Made by a program: the position numbers and the translations under genes. This document shows positions 24,124 through 38,477 of a stretch of DNA of 64,000 nucleotides, one piece after another. Numbering within the stretch: the stretch's first letter is position 1; each line of letters starts with the position of its first letter. Source of the DNA: Octopus vulgaris (Eukaryota); the NCBI GenBank assembly GCA_951406725.2, contig OX597815.1, forward strand, positions 122,078,001-122,142,000. The letters are read 5' to 3'. The notes under the pieces were generated by a model. The model was given only the letters and a program-made list of their open reading frames with translations, made no database searches and had not been told where the DNA came from.

Positions 24124-27100
24124 AATATGCTTCAACACACAAACTCACATAAAGTATCTTGCAAACCAAATCCAAAAACGAAAAGTAATTTATGTACTTC
24201 TACAGACCAGGTCATAAATATTTTGTTTTCATCTGTGACTAGAAATTATCTATTCATCATCCACTCTCTAGTTTATCTACTTTGATCATGATTTCTACAA
24301 CAAAATATACTCAGGTCAATTCATTCTATGACAGTATTTACTAAAACATCACAATGAAGTTATCTGCATTCTGAAATTTTGTCCATAATCTCAAACCATG
24401 ATATATACATTGCCTGCAAGCAAAATACATAATTCACTTGTCTCAACACAACTATTTTTCCATTCAGTGGTGAAGAATAGAAAAATACTCTCTACCTTCA
24501 TATCACAATTGAGTACTTGGTGTTTCACTAGCACATGCATGCATACACACACACACACACACACATGTATTTGTTTATCCATCCATATCATAGGAGCATG
24601 GTAATCAAAATATAATAGGAATGATAAAAATATAAGCCTCTGAATGGGCATTTTCCCCCTTTAATTTAAGCAAAAAATGGTGGATTCATACCTAATTTGG
24701 CTATTCTTACTTATGGAAGTGATAAGAATAATTAATTTACTCAATTATTCCTGAACTCATAGCTTACAAATGTAACATTAAGAAAAGTTTCTTTTAGTTG
24801 AAATATTTCTTTTTTTTTTTTACTATAAATCACTCAACTGTGAAGTAACTGTAGAAGTTCTTTATCAGAAGCATAAACTTAAGTGAACAAAATTATCTGG
24901 CTGGCCTCGGAGCTAAGTGAAATTGTGTCAAGATATGTTATCTGTCATCTAGCACCTTAACTGAGACCAGTGTGTCTTCTAAAATTTTAAGACAATCGAA
25001 AGCCAAGAAATTATATAAGCAAAATTATTTAACTGTTTCTGTATACATGGTATATATTATCAAAATTTACAAACAGAATATTTACATTAAATTTCTCTTA
25101 GATGTTGATTTTTACTCTAATTAGGAAATACATTAATTTCTATTTATTTATTCAGACATATTATTTAATATTATTTCTTATGAAATGTTTAAATTCACTT
25201 ATTCAAAAGTAGATTATTTTTATGTAATGTACAGTATCTCTACAACTTCAAGTAATCCTGTCACAATAATGGAGAGAGTTTATATTATTAGTGCATAATT
25301 CATTGTTACAAAGAATGTATTGTAATTGTTGTTGATGTTGTTGCTGTTAAGTAGACTTTCATAAAGTAAAGTACTTGGTGAAATAAAATGTCGTGAGCAG
25401 TTTATCAAATAATACAAATATTCTTACATAGAAAAGTACTTTAGAGAAATAGCTTGCAATTTTTATGACGTAAACCAATTTCTTTAAAAAACTTTTCCTG
25501 ATACTTTAGCAGAAATTACTAACCAACTAGAATTAACTAAGTTTCACCTTAATTTTTTTTAGTAATAAAATAATAGCAACTTAAAACAAAATTTTCCTTT
25601 AGTTGTTTTTAATTGATAAACATTTCTTAAATATTAGAATATGATGTGAATTTTTGCATTAGTTTCTATATTTAGTTAAGAGCATATTATAGTGTAACAT
25701 ATACGCTTAATAGAATAATTAAAGTAATGAGGGTACTTCTTTAATTATAGATTGTTTATCAGTTACCTTCAGGATTTATCTAATAGTAGTTCTTGGAGAC
25801 TGTTAAGGAGAAAACTAATGGTTTTTTTCTACAAACTAAGAGTAGGATAATCAACAGAAAAGGTGTCTCAGAGTAACATGCAGAAGACTGGAAAATAAAA
25901 TATCTATGGAAATATGCATGATGTTACATAAGGTGAAGTGGATTTGTTTTACTAAGAATAAATAAACTGATATTCAGCCAATAATTTTAAAACTGCAGCA
26001 AGTTTACTTTGGTATAAAAAGGAACATTCAGTTTTCAGAGAAAAGATTATTTTGTGAATGCAAGTAAGAGATGGTTTTACAAATATGAAAAGGGAAGATT
26101 TTTCTTTTTTAAATTTTTTTCACAAGTTGTAGTCATTTGAAAACACTCCAGGTAAGTGAAACAATCTACAATTGAAATTCTCAAGACTCATTGGCTCTTC
26201 TGTTGACATTACCATATTTGCTCAGACCTATTAAAAGTGCTTATTTCTTCAGGATATATTAGTAGTTAGAAAAGTTTTCATTTTAATAGCTGAACCTATT
26301 TACTTTCTAGACGTTTTTTTTTTACACTCTAGAGTATTTTATTCCCATTGAATATTGATTCTAAATATCTATGCATTTAGAATCAATAAACTCTTTAAGA
26401 TTAATCAATAACAGAAAATACCTGAATGGAATAGTGAATCATATGATTTTTACCCTACTCTAGAGTGTTTCTACTTCATATCCAATTGAAAAACTTACAT
26501 CTGTAGTTGAATACTTTATAAATATATATTTCTTATCATATTTCTCATCAAAGGAATCTATTGATTAAAAGTTATTACTCATTTCAGTGACAATTATTAA
26601 CGTGCAAAGTTTTAACTAAAATACATTTTAGCTTTAAAGTTTTTTATCTTTGGTATACAGTCAGAGTGACATAGCTAAATCAAATACTTTTCAGAGAATT
26701 GTAATATTGACTCATTAGTATGAACTGTGAAATTTAATTTTAAAAGCATTTTTTAAATAATTTATATGTTAACAATATAAAATAATATTATTTTAATATT
26801 TTCAAAATGTTTATTTTAAATATCAGGATAAGGGGAATTGAAAAGTGTTATTAACATTCTTCAGCAATTTCAATTTAATAATTAATATCTTCTGCTGCAT
26901 TTTGAAGATTATATTATGAAATCAAAATGTTTTCACCTTTACAAGCTGATATCCCTCTTCTTATCAAAATTAAGTAAAATATAACAAATAATTTTTAAAC
27001 TGTTACCTGAAAGTTTTAATTGCATGTTTTTGATGTTATCTATTTCATAAGCAAATCTCTTAAGGAAAACAATAACAATATCATAATTAGAGAAATAAAA

Positions 27101-28954
27101 GAAATATCTCTAATACATTTTATATTTACATGAATGATGTGGAATTTATGGGAAGTACACATTTATGAGGTAGTATCTTTTAGAGACTAATTTATGATGC
27201 AGAATGGAAGATGTTATGTGGATGTTATTTATCTATTAGTATTGCATCTAGTTTCATATAGCTTCCAATGATGCAGATTTATCAGTGAGATGAGCATACT
27301 CTGAGACATTGGTAATATAAATTAAATGAAATGGTGGCAATAAAGAATCAGAATCTGTTCACAAACTCAATCCACCAGGAACCCACTACAATTCTACAAT
27401 GCTTGCCTTTAATACTAAACACAATATCAAACTATTCCAGTGAATGGAACTCTGATGTTGCTGTTTCGCCCTTCATTAGCTCTGATCAAATTAAACTATA
27501 TTCAAAAGACTTTCCAGCTGTGGCCATCCTACCTCTTTGTTTTTCTGATACAATGTCTCTGTAATCACATTATTTAATGTGTCCCTTAAAGACTACTTCA
27601 ACTTGTAAACATTGGCTCTTTTGTTTATAATGCTGTACTACACAGTCTGTATTCTAAGTATTTGAGAGGTGAGTTATGCTGTCTTTCCGAAGTCACAATA
27701 CATTATTGGTAACACAATAAGAACCATCAACTGCTCTTTTAGTATTAGGCCAATAATAACTCAACCAGCAGTGACTGTTGAAAAACATTCAATAGATTCT
27801 CAAAGGCATGTTTAAAATATTTTATAGCAGACTGTTTAAACTTCAGGTAAGAGGAAATTTTCAAGAATATCTTTATTTCTTAGATTTATATTTTTCATCT
27901 ACCATTTTAAAATTCTAAATTGGAACCCTCATACAACACTAGAAGCTGTACATTGATGCAAGAAGATTTCTATAAAGTACTGAAATAAGTAAAAGCATTA
28001 TTTTCTCAAAAGTTCAATGATATAAAGACAGCAGTTGTATTTTGTATGTAAGAAGAGGACACTGGCTAATATTGTGGAGCTGTACAACAAATAATTGCTC
28101 CACTATTTCAATAAACTGGCAATGTATTGGTATTCACATAGACACAGCATATTTATTACCAATCAATACAAAGACATCATATGATGGTCCATTAGAAGAA
28201 TAAATAGAAAAGAAACATAGTCATCACTCACAAGAGAGTACAATTTGATAACATGTTTTTGAAAATATGTTCTAGACACCTATGCAGTTGAAAGCAGACA
28301 TAGACAAACTCTTTGCTCTTTTACCATTGAACCAGCAAAACATCCAGGATATGATAGCTGAGAGAAAGAGACTACACCAGCACTCAGCTGGTATTTGTTT
28401 CAGTTGAGTAGACCAAAGCAATGTGAAATGAAGTGTCTTGCTTAAGGACATAAAGTGCTACCCAGGCCAGGAATCAAACTCACAACCTTATAATCATAGC
28501 TGAAGCTCCTAACCATAAGGTATGTGCCTTCACATAATGAGAATAACTGAAGTAGATAATCTTAGTATGCTCATGCAGTAAGAATTAAATGGTAAAACAA
28601 GTGAACAATGACAGAGAGAAGTAAAAAAAGAAGTTTGTCTTATGCCAGCAAACTTAGCCAAATAAAAATCCTTTTTAAAAGAAATAGTCATGACACAAGT
28701 TGGTGAGAAGCTATTTCTTAGACCAGTCAAATTAATAGTGAGGAGATATATCCTAACACCTCTACAATTCTATGATGGTTTTCATTGTGTCAGTAAAGTA
28801 AGTGCTCTGCAACTATAATTAATGTTATTTACTTGTCTTTAGTTTTAATCTTAAATAAAATAAATTATTTGTTCTATAACTGGATTTTGATTAGCTTTGA
28901 ATTGAATATGTCTATTACTTCAAGAATGCAATCACTGTAGTCTATAAAATCTGA

Positions 28955-29280
28955 TACCCCCTTCGGTCATGACACTGACCATGGGATTGCACCTAGAAAT
29001 TTACCCTCCCAGGTACAAGTTCAGGCAAGGTTGTTTATGGAAGACCAGCAGTCGCCCATGCATACCAGCCTCCCCTCTCCATGCCACCAGTGTTATCCAA
29101 GGGAAAGGCAAAGGCCGATACAGCTTGGCACCTGTGATGCCACAACTCATTTCTACAGCTGAGTGAACTGGAGCAACGTGAAATAAAGTGTCTTGCTCAA
29201 GAACACAGCATGCAGCCCGGTTTGGGATTCGAGTTCACCACCTCATGGTGATGCTCTAGCCACTGAGTCATGCACCTCCA
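28955..29280 (-). mobile_element. SINE sharing the family 2 head, different 3' part
   Basis: gagcaacgtgaaataaagtgtcttgctcaag and gggattcgagttc are reverse complements of the family 2 head. Further relics near 28380-28530, 34860-35000, 49750-49890 and 62150-62350. Confidence 0.75.
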
Positions 29281-29705
29281 TAAAATAGCAAAATATAAAC
29301 AACAATAAATAATTTTTTAGAATACCATAAGGCTAAAAATTTGTATGGTAGGATAATTATAAATTATAAAAATATAAAATCGACTATTGATACATTTATT
29401 TTCACCAGTCCATGCTGAAAAATAAATTCAATCCAGGAAGAATTTGAGCTAAGATTGTAGATGTTCAAAGCAATATACAGATAAGCATTTCATCAAATAA
29501 TATACTGTTCTACTCCTTCTACCATTCAATTTCCTTTGTTTATCTATAATGCTGAAAACGTGTTTATTCTATATATCAACCAAAGATTTCATTTTAGATA
29601 TACAAGTTAGATAAGTTAGATATAAGTGTATACTATAATAACTAGAAAGTGTGCATACTAGAATTAAAAGACAATAACTAAATTTCAGTATGCATACATA
29701 CATTC

Positions 29706-29759
<54 letters not shown>

Positions 29760-30487
29760 TATAAATTGATGAAAAGATTGAGTTTATTTGCAGTGAAGAG
29801 ATAACTAAAGTTGAATGCTATATGCATGTGATATATTAGAATCTGGTAAAAATGGATAAGATCTATATAAGAAACTATTAAAAGTTAGTCAATCATGGAA
29901 GACACTCGAATGATTGAAGCAAATGATTCAAACTGACTTTAAAGCCCGATAAAATGAAATGAAGAAATTTTTAAAACAAAGAATGAGTGAGTCTAAGCTG
30001 CAAACAATAGATGATTATGATGACTTACTGATTGTTGCATTGATAGTGGTGATGATGGTGAGACAGGGGGTGGAATTATGAAAGAAATGCTAACAGTAGC
30101 AGTGATGATGGAAATCAGATGATGATGATGATGATGATGATGGTAGTGGTAGTGGTGATGTTGTTGTTGATGGTGGTGGTGGTGGTGGTGGTGGTGGTGG
30201 TGATGAAATATTTTCTAAATTGCAATCTAGACGTGCTGTGACTTGCTGAAAGTGATAAATTTTCTTATAAACACATCTCAGATATAAAAAAAAAGTCTAT
30301 TTATAACCCCATATCCTCTTTTATAGGAAGTAATGTTATGAATCCTTATATATTAACCTATTTCTGAGATGTCTACATATAATTATGAAGGAGATAGAAA
30401 GATGTCATGTAGATTTAGTCTTCAGTAATGTTTCTGACATTCTTCAGCCTTATTTATAGACTTCAACTCCACTTAGCATTTCTTATA

Positions 30488-30516
30488 CAGATGAAGGGGC
30501 ACTACCTGAAATATTA
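30488..30516 (+). ncRNA. Degenerate hammerhead-like motif (probable Penelope pLTR relic)
   Basis: CAGAUGA-AGG GGCACUA CCU-GAAAUAUUA: stem II AGG/CCU, palindromic AAUAUU, one core mismatch; stem I not evident. Confidence 0.35.
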
Positions 30517-30591
30517 AAAATTCTCTTCTTCTCATGTCACACAAACTTATTTGGCAGAGAATAGTTTTTCTAAATGTTAACATATTTCATG

Positions 30592-30642
<51 letters not shown>

Positions 30643-30790
30643 ATATACCACCTGGCATCATGGAGTTCACTCATGTAAATATTTGGATCATGCTTCCAGT
30701 TTGAAGATACCTTCCCCTCTCTCTCCCACCAATCTCAGAAGCTCTGTGATAGGTTATGGGCGCTGCATTCCCTCCTAAATAATATATATA

Positions 30791-31006
30791 TATTAAAAAT
30801 GGGGGTGGCCATTTTATGGGATTACCTTAGGTTTCCTGTCCATAAAGAGTTAAGCTTTAAGGCATATTGCCAGATCCCAAAAACCTGTTGGCCCATGACC
30901 TCTTAAAAATGGGGATCTGATGATATACCATAAAGCTAAACTTTTTATGGATGGGAAACCTAATGTAATTGCATAAACATAAACCAGCTGTCCCCCATTT
31001 TTAATA
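30791..31006. repeat. Approximately 215-bp imperfect inverted repeat (foldback/MITE- or pLTR-like)
   Basis: tattaaaaatggggg ... cccccatttttaata at the ends; inner arms 30813-30878 and 30912-30977 are largely complementary. Confidence 0.8.
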
Positions 31007-31078
31007 AATACTGGTCAACATCTTAGAGTGTGCTTCTTCTTTCAGATTTATGTTTTCTACAAACGACATATATATATC

Positions 31079-31138
<60 letters not shown>

Positions 31139-31383
31139 GGATGTGTTTATGTTTTCCTATTACCTTGATGTTGCTTGCACTCTGCATAAAACATTGTTGA
31201 TATGACAGTGTACTTGTTTATAATCTACAGTGAAAGCATGAGCTGTTCATTATTCAAAGGACCAAAGGAAATAGTAACTTACTTCAAAATAAGTCTACAA
31301 TCAGATGAGCACCATCCTTTAAGGGTAGTAACTCCATGTAGAAAAATGTTATCATGGAAAGCAGATAGAAAAGGACACTGATA

Positions 31384-31464
<81 letters not shown>

Positions 31465-32482
31465 TGTTTTTATGTTCAGTTATAATAAATACAATTTAAT
31501 ATTACACTGAAGAATTATTCAATACTTTTCGTAAGAATACATATTTCTTATACTTTTACAAGTAGAGTGTTGACAAGGACTTTGATGATTTGGTTTGATA
31601 GCCTCCACTGGACTATAGCAAGCATGCTGAAACTTTGAAATCACTGTCATTTCTCTTCTTATAACAATATCAGACATGTGTGTGTGTATGTGTGTGTGTG
31701 TGTGTGTGCATGTGTACATGTGTGTGTGCATGCATGTGTATGTGTGTGCATGTGTATTTATATGCATGTATGCACACACACACACAAAATGTCATATTTG
31801 CCATTTATGCAACTTAAAAAGCACTAAATATTAATTATCAACCAAGCTAAGCATATTTACTTTTATTCATCTTTTGTCTGTAGCATATTTACTTTTATTC
31901 ATCTTTTGTCAAATCAAATTGTTGTCCAAAAATTAAGCAGCAACATTAGAATTCACCTCATTTCATGGTGCACGTTTTTCTATGGTTCAGTGAAATGTGA
32001 TATTGACCAGCAACATGACCTTCAAAATCAAATAAGTTTCTTTTTCTATGCTAAGAAACTTCATAGAATATTACTGAGGGCTTCTGGGTGTTTTCTTTTG
32101 CTAAAATATCAGATTAATGTTGCTTTTGAAGTTTATACAACTGTAAAGGCATTCAATCTGCCTGTTTAATGGTGGCTTCATTGTAAAAGAAACCTTCATT
32201 GGAAATCCAAATTTACTGCCAGGTATCTCCATTTGGAAAAGGATTTAAAACAGCTGCTTTTTACATTTGTGCTTTTTGATATATCTTTGAGAAGTTATAT
32301 CACCTCACCTTACCTCACCTTTCTATAAATTTTCAAAGACAAATTTGAAAAGATATTGAACACTATTTCGTTTTGATAGTCTGCTTTGCCTAACAAATCT
32401 AGCATTAACTTCAAATACTCTATTCAGAAGTTTTAAAAAAGGGGACTAAAATCTCTTGTGTTTAATGAGCACCTTGTATAAA

Positions 32483-32642
32483 GTATGTATGTATGTATGT
32501 ATGTATGTATGTATGTATGTATGTATGTATGTATGTATGTATGTATGTATGTATGTATGTATGTATGTATGTATGCATGTATGTATGTATGTATGTATGT
32601 ATGTATGTATGTATGTATGTATGTATGTATGTATGTATGTAT
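32483..32642. repeat. (GTAT)n microsatellite
   Basis: Direct reading, about 40 units. Confidence 0.97.
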
Positions 32643-32926
32643 GCACATGTGTGTGCATGTGCATGTATATTGTCAACCTTTTCCTTGAAAAAATAGATAT
32701 GTTCTCTACTAAAATGCATTGAGTGATCTTTTGGTTTAATGTTAAGTTGTTTTTATAGATAATTTTGCATAAAAACAATCATTAATATATACATATGTGT
32801 ATACATATATACATATATTTATATACATGTATGTGTATATATATATATATGTATGTATGTATGTATACATACATATAAAAATATATAAATATACATATAT
32901 CTTTCAAGGTATTTATTGATATATTC

Positions 32927-32976
<50 letters not shown>

Positions 32977-35900
32977 CAAATTTGTAGTGCATATATTTAC
33001 AGTTCTAGATTTTCTTTTGAAAAAAAATAATATAACTCAATAACTTTCAAACCTAGAGGGATATCAGCACTCATGTATATACCTTTATAAATGTGATGAA
33101 TTGTGATTTTTATAATTGATTTCACAAATATTTCAATAATAACAAAGCAGTATACAGAAGACAATATCATTTTTGTTTTAATTTTTGCTGATCTATACAA
33201 CTGACATTGCTGAACATAAAAAAAAACAAATAACAAAACGCCTACATAAATACACCACATACACATACATATGCACATACATGTACACAGACACACACAC
33301 ACATACACCCATAAATATACATACACTGAAGTTGCTAACAGCTTATTTGTAGGATATTTCACAACATGATGTTGGTACAATACATAAGCAAACGAACAGG
33401 GATAAACTGGTATAATTATATATTACAAAATTCCTTACAACAATCTTTTATATTTACTGGCCTAAATTCAAAGGAAATATTTCTGAAATTGCATATCATA
33501 TTTTCACACCAAACCTGTTTCAAAAAAATTCATTTCCTATTTATCCTCTTTTCTTCCAATATTTTGTATGCCAACACTTTGATATAGTATGATTATATAT
33601 TATTTTATATCATTATATTATTATGATATTATTTTATTTGGTTTATAAATATTTTTTACATATTAATCATATACAGAAACATTTTCAAGCTTAAACCCTT
33701 TTGTTCTCTTTGTCAAATATATATAGATTATGTATACATTTTACTAAATTGTATCAGTTGTTAATGTTGATATATCTATATATTTCTTAAGCAATATATT
33801 GCTGTATCAACAATTATATATGTGTGTGTGTCCACACAAAGGTTTTGTTTATATTCCATACTATATCAAAAAGTTGACATACTACTTTGTTGTGTAAATA
33901 TGCTTTAGTTATCATAATTAAGCACAAATTATCACAACCCCTATCAGCTTCTAATAAATCATGTAGTTTGTTCTATATGTTGCCAGAAATTTGCATAATC
34001 TTTATAATCGAACAAAGAAAATACAGAATATATATATAAATAAACAGAACATTATATTACCAAATCTATAACAGAACTTTTAGAAAATAATTAATACAAA
34101 ATATTTCAAATCATTAGAGTTTGGAAAATGTTTTAAATATAAAATATTCATAATTTAATTTTGACTCTAACATTTACAGTTAAAGAATTCAATTAATCAA
34201 ATGCAAAATGAAATTTTATACATTATTGAGTTACATTTCCAGATCAATTAATTGTTATGATCCATGACTACAATTCATAATAAGCAACAGATACTGTTTT
34301 TAGTGTTAGCTTTCTGTCAGGTTTCATTAGTATATATTTAGCAGCCTTCATTGAAACTGTGACAACACATGATAGCCATTAATGGTCAAATGTAACTCTT
34401 AAACAAAATTATATTACATCTGAGACGTGGCATTAACACTGAGACAACAAGAGACAGGAAGCAAAATAATCCAAAATAAAAAAATGAAAAACATATTCAC
34501 ATATCTATTTCTATACAGTTAGAATATATATATAATCAATATGAATCTGCCATTTCAAAGCAAGCTAAGCAGAAACATACACAAACACAAAACATTTGTA
34601 AAGTATTATTCATTCTTTCTCTCTTTCTCTCTCATTTTAATTAAAATTCTAGTAATTTTCTTAGTCACTAATATGCTTATTTCACAGTAAGAAACTGTTA
34701 TAGAATATGGTATATTATAGAGTTTCATGCAGTTTCCTTAAGCCAACAGGCTCATGATAATCTGCATAAGTTACTGTGCTTAACCAAATTTTTAAGGCAT
34801 TTAAGGCTGAAAATCCCTCTCCCCACTGAAAAGTTCATCCCAGGGCTAATATCCAAGTGCCACTGGTAATTACATTCAGCTGAGTATACTAGAAATTAAG
34901 TGTTTTGTTCAAAGAAATGATGTACCACTTGGACCAAAAAATTAAACCTGCAACTTAAAAATCATGAGTCCAGCATTCAAACCACTAACCTGTAACTTCA
35001 CTTTCATATAGTGGCATACTGAATTTTTTCACTCACTATCATTGGTACCTACTAGTCTCAAAGCAATTCAAAATCATTGATAAAACTGACCTATCCTTGC
35101 CTGTTGTGTTCAAATCTTTTCCTTTTTTCAATACATTTATATTACAATGGGATCAAAGCCTTACCACAATTTTAAAATATAATAATTTATACTAATTTCT
35201 TTATATAAAATGCATACATAAATTATAACCAATGCAAATATTAATTAATAGTCAAATGAGATATCTGTACAACTATAACATCAACTGAAGCAGTCAGTTC
35301 TTTATTTGCAGTCTTATTAACACATTCTAATGAGTTCATCTTTATAAAACTCTCATTTTCTATATCTATCAATGCATTTATATATCACTTGTAACTAATT
35401 CCATTTTTCAAACATATATTATATATTTCTTGCTTGATATTTATATTAATGTTAACTTTAGATATTGAAAATGGTTACAAGAAATAGTTTTGAGTGTTTC
35501 ATAAGTACTTTAAAAGGTGCTCTACTCATTCTGATAATACTTCAAGAATATCATGAATATAAAAACTACTGCCAGAAAATATATTTCCCTTTCATTTAAA
35601 ACAACAACATGAATCACACATCATAAGATTGCTATATTAAATGACAGTGTCTCTTTCTCGACTTTTACTCAGAATCTTTAAATAATGATCAGAAAACACT
35701 TACAAAATAGTAATATATAAGTAATATGAAAATTCCTTCAAAATATTCCAAGAAATAGTATAAATCAGCTTTATATACCTCTTCTCAAACCACTTATCGA
35801 AATACAAAATAAACTCGAATAGATTTTATATGAAGAATAAGAATAAGAAAGAGCTTATATAATGTATATAAGTATTGCTAAGTTAATTTACATTTGGAGA

Positions 35901-37241
35901 CAATTATACTGGGAAACGAAAATCTCATTACCATATTTTACTCTTAAAAACCAAACAAATTTTATTTTTCTGTTTAAGAATATGGTATGCTTATATACAC
36001 AAAACAGATGCAAAACATTGTTCTACTTTGCCAAAAGCATAGACAACATTTTTTTCTGTTCATTTAAGCATTAAATACTTGCATGTTTTGATAGAAATAT
36101 AAAGCAAAGTGACAAAGAGCAATTTCTGGCAACATATAAAGCTTATCACATTGGTTAGCAACTTCAGCAACAACCACCAATTTTTGAATTATTCACTTAT
36201 AAGTTTGAAACTAAATCACTTTCTTTTGATTTTGTTTTCTTTAGTTAAAGTATTTGGTTTAAAAGATTAAAGGATTCATTGCGCAAACATTTTATTTTCT
36301 TACTGAATAAGCAGGTTAACATGATGTTGTGTTTGTTAACCCCACCCCCACCACCACAGAAGAGCAAATTAAAATGAGTGTATGAAATTGAAATAAAAGC
36401 CAAACTTTATTTCAATTTTTTTCCATTTTAATCTATATCATTGTTAATTTTTTTTTAGTTTAGAATAAAGTTTTTTTTTATCAATTCTTTGTCCTTCTTT
36501 TATGGACATTTTCTTCTTTTATCCAACAGTAAAATCACACACAATATCTCAAAAGCAGAATTACTGAAATAGTAATCTACTTTAGAACTCAAATATTTCA
36601 CAAGAGTTTCAGTTTACCAAGTGACATTAATTTAGGAAGGGGTAAAAAAAAACATTAAAAGAAAAGACCCTGCAAATGTTCAAATCTTAGTTTTTTTTTG
36701 TTTGATTTATACTAAAAAAAAAAGATTACATCCTTACCAAATTAAAAAAAATATATATATATATTAATTTATATTAATTGCTTCATGTAAAAAGTATATG
36801 TAAAACACAACAAATGCAAATGTTAATTAGATAATCAAATGAGATGTCTGTAATTTTATTCAGCTGCTTATTACAATGCTGATTAAGTTTAACGTATAAC
36901 TAAATAAAAGAATAGAAATAAAAGTTTAAAATTTGAACTATAGTTTAGGTGTAGATAAAGGAGAGAAAAATTAAGAAAGGAATTCAATTAAAAAAAAAAG
37001 AAAAAATTTAGCAGAAGAAAAAACTAATAGAAAAAATATTTACTATTAACTGACCAATTTAATAGCTAACTACCTAATGAGTTTGACATCTCTCCCAATA
37101 ATCTTTCAATTAGATGAATGTCTTTCAAATATCCATTTCTTATGGAAAGGACCTAGATTTGATCATTGACTTCATTGGTGTTTGTTGGTATCACATTCTG
37201 GAAATGTTAGACTAACGGAATCAGGAGATGTAATAACTCAC

Positions 37242-37599
37242 CATCTGACGTCTGATTCTCCAGAGGTTTTGCATTCCAATACTGCATCGTCACCTTCGGT
37301 AACTACAATATCATCAAATTTCTGAGTAAAAGATGGATCGATTTCTCGTTCCTCTCCACTGCATGGAGCAGCAGCAGCAGAGGTGGTCACCTTGTAATCA
37401 GAGACATGACTGGGAGTCATTTTCTCAGCAGGCTCCACCGTCTGTGAAGCACTTTTTACACCCCCCTCAATTGTTTGCCTGTCACTGGTGACTTCAATTT
37501 GAGGAACAGGTTTCTGTGTCTTCACAACACAATCTAGACGAACATCAGTGCCTTCAATAACATCGATTGTATGAGGTAAATGTTTTACGAAGAATGGAG
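37242..37599 (-). CDS. Exon E of multi-Ig gene; two Ig N-terminal halves separated by a linker
   Basis: Acceptor tttactttcag|CT, donor TG|gtgagt; 358 nt (2+354+2). APFFVKHLPHTIDVIEGTDVRLDCVVKT...DPSFTQKFDDIVVTEGDDAVLECKTSGESDVR(W), within track ORF 37238..37669. Confidence 0.92.
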
Positions 37600-38444
37600 C
37601 TGAAAGTAAAGAAAAAAATGCAAGAAATGTAACATTAAGTTTAGAATTCACAAATAAATTACAAAGCAATTTACAACAAATATGTAAGCATTTAAGAAAG
37701 AAAGAAATTTAACCTGGAGGACTGATTAGAACATCCTCAGCATTTCTTAAAATGTAAAATAGAGAACAAATTTGTCAAATTTATCATTGAAATATCAGAA
37801 AATTATTGAATAAATCTTGGGTGATTATTTTGGAAAGTTGATATAAAAATATTTCCAAGTGACAATAAAAAACAATAGAATAAAGTAAAGATATATTGGT
37901 TATAAATATTTAAAGCAGCTAACATATATTTATTTGGTTAGCTAGAAACTGTTCAGTTCTAAATAGTTTTTAAAAAATACTTTTGATTTTTAAGTTTTAA
38001 ATCACGGAATAAAAGAATGTCATAAAATTAAGAAATTTTTAAATGGAAAACTAATTAGCAAATTCAGAATAATATTATCATCACCACCATAGTCATCATC
38101 ATCATCATCGTTGATGTTGCTGTCGTCGTTGTCGTCGTCGTCGTCGTCGTCCTCCTCCTCCTCCTCCTCATCATCATCATCATCATCATCACCATCATCA
38201 TCAATTGCACTAGCACCACAATCACACATACATACATGCAGACACAGATACAGACACACTCACTCATACATATATACATCGTTGTCATCGTCGTGATCAT
38301 GATCATGATCATCATCACTGTTGTCATCATTTAACATTTGTCTTCTATTCCTGCATTGCTAGAATGGCTCAGCAGGATCTGATAAGTTGCAGTATTGTAT
38401 AAAACTCGTGTGTGTGTGTGTGTACATATATTTATGTATGTATA

Positions 38445-38477
<33 letters not shown>

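Noticed and set aside
31850-31910. 29-bp tandem duplication (similar one at about 687-772)
   Set aside because: Ordinary local slippage duplication with no further structure.
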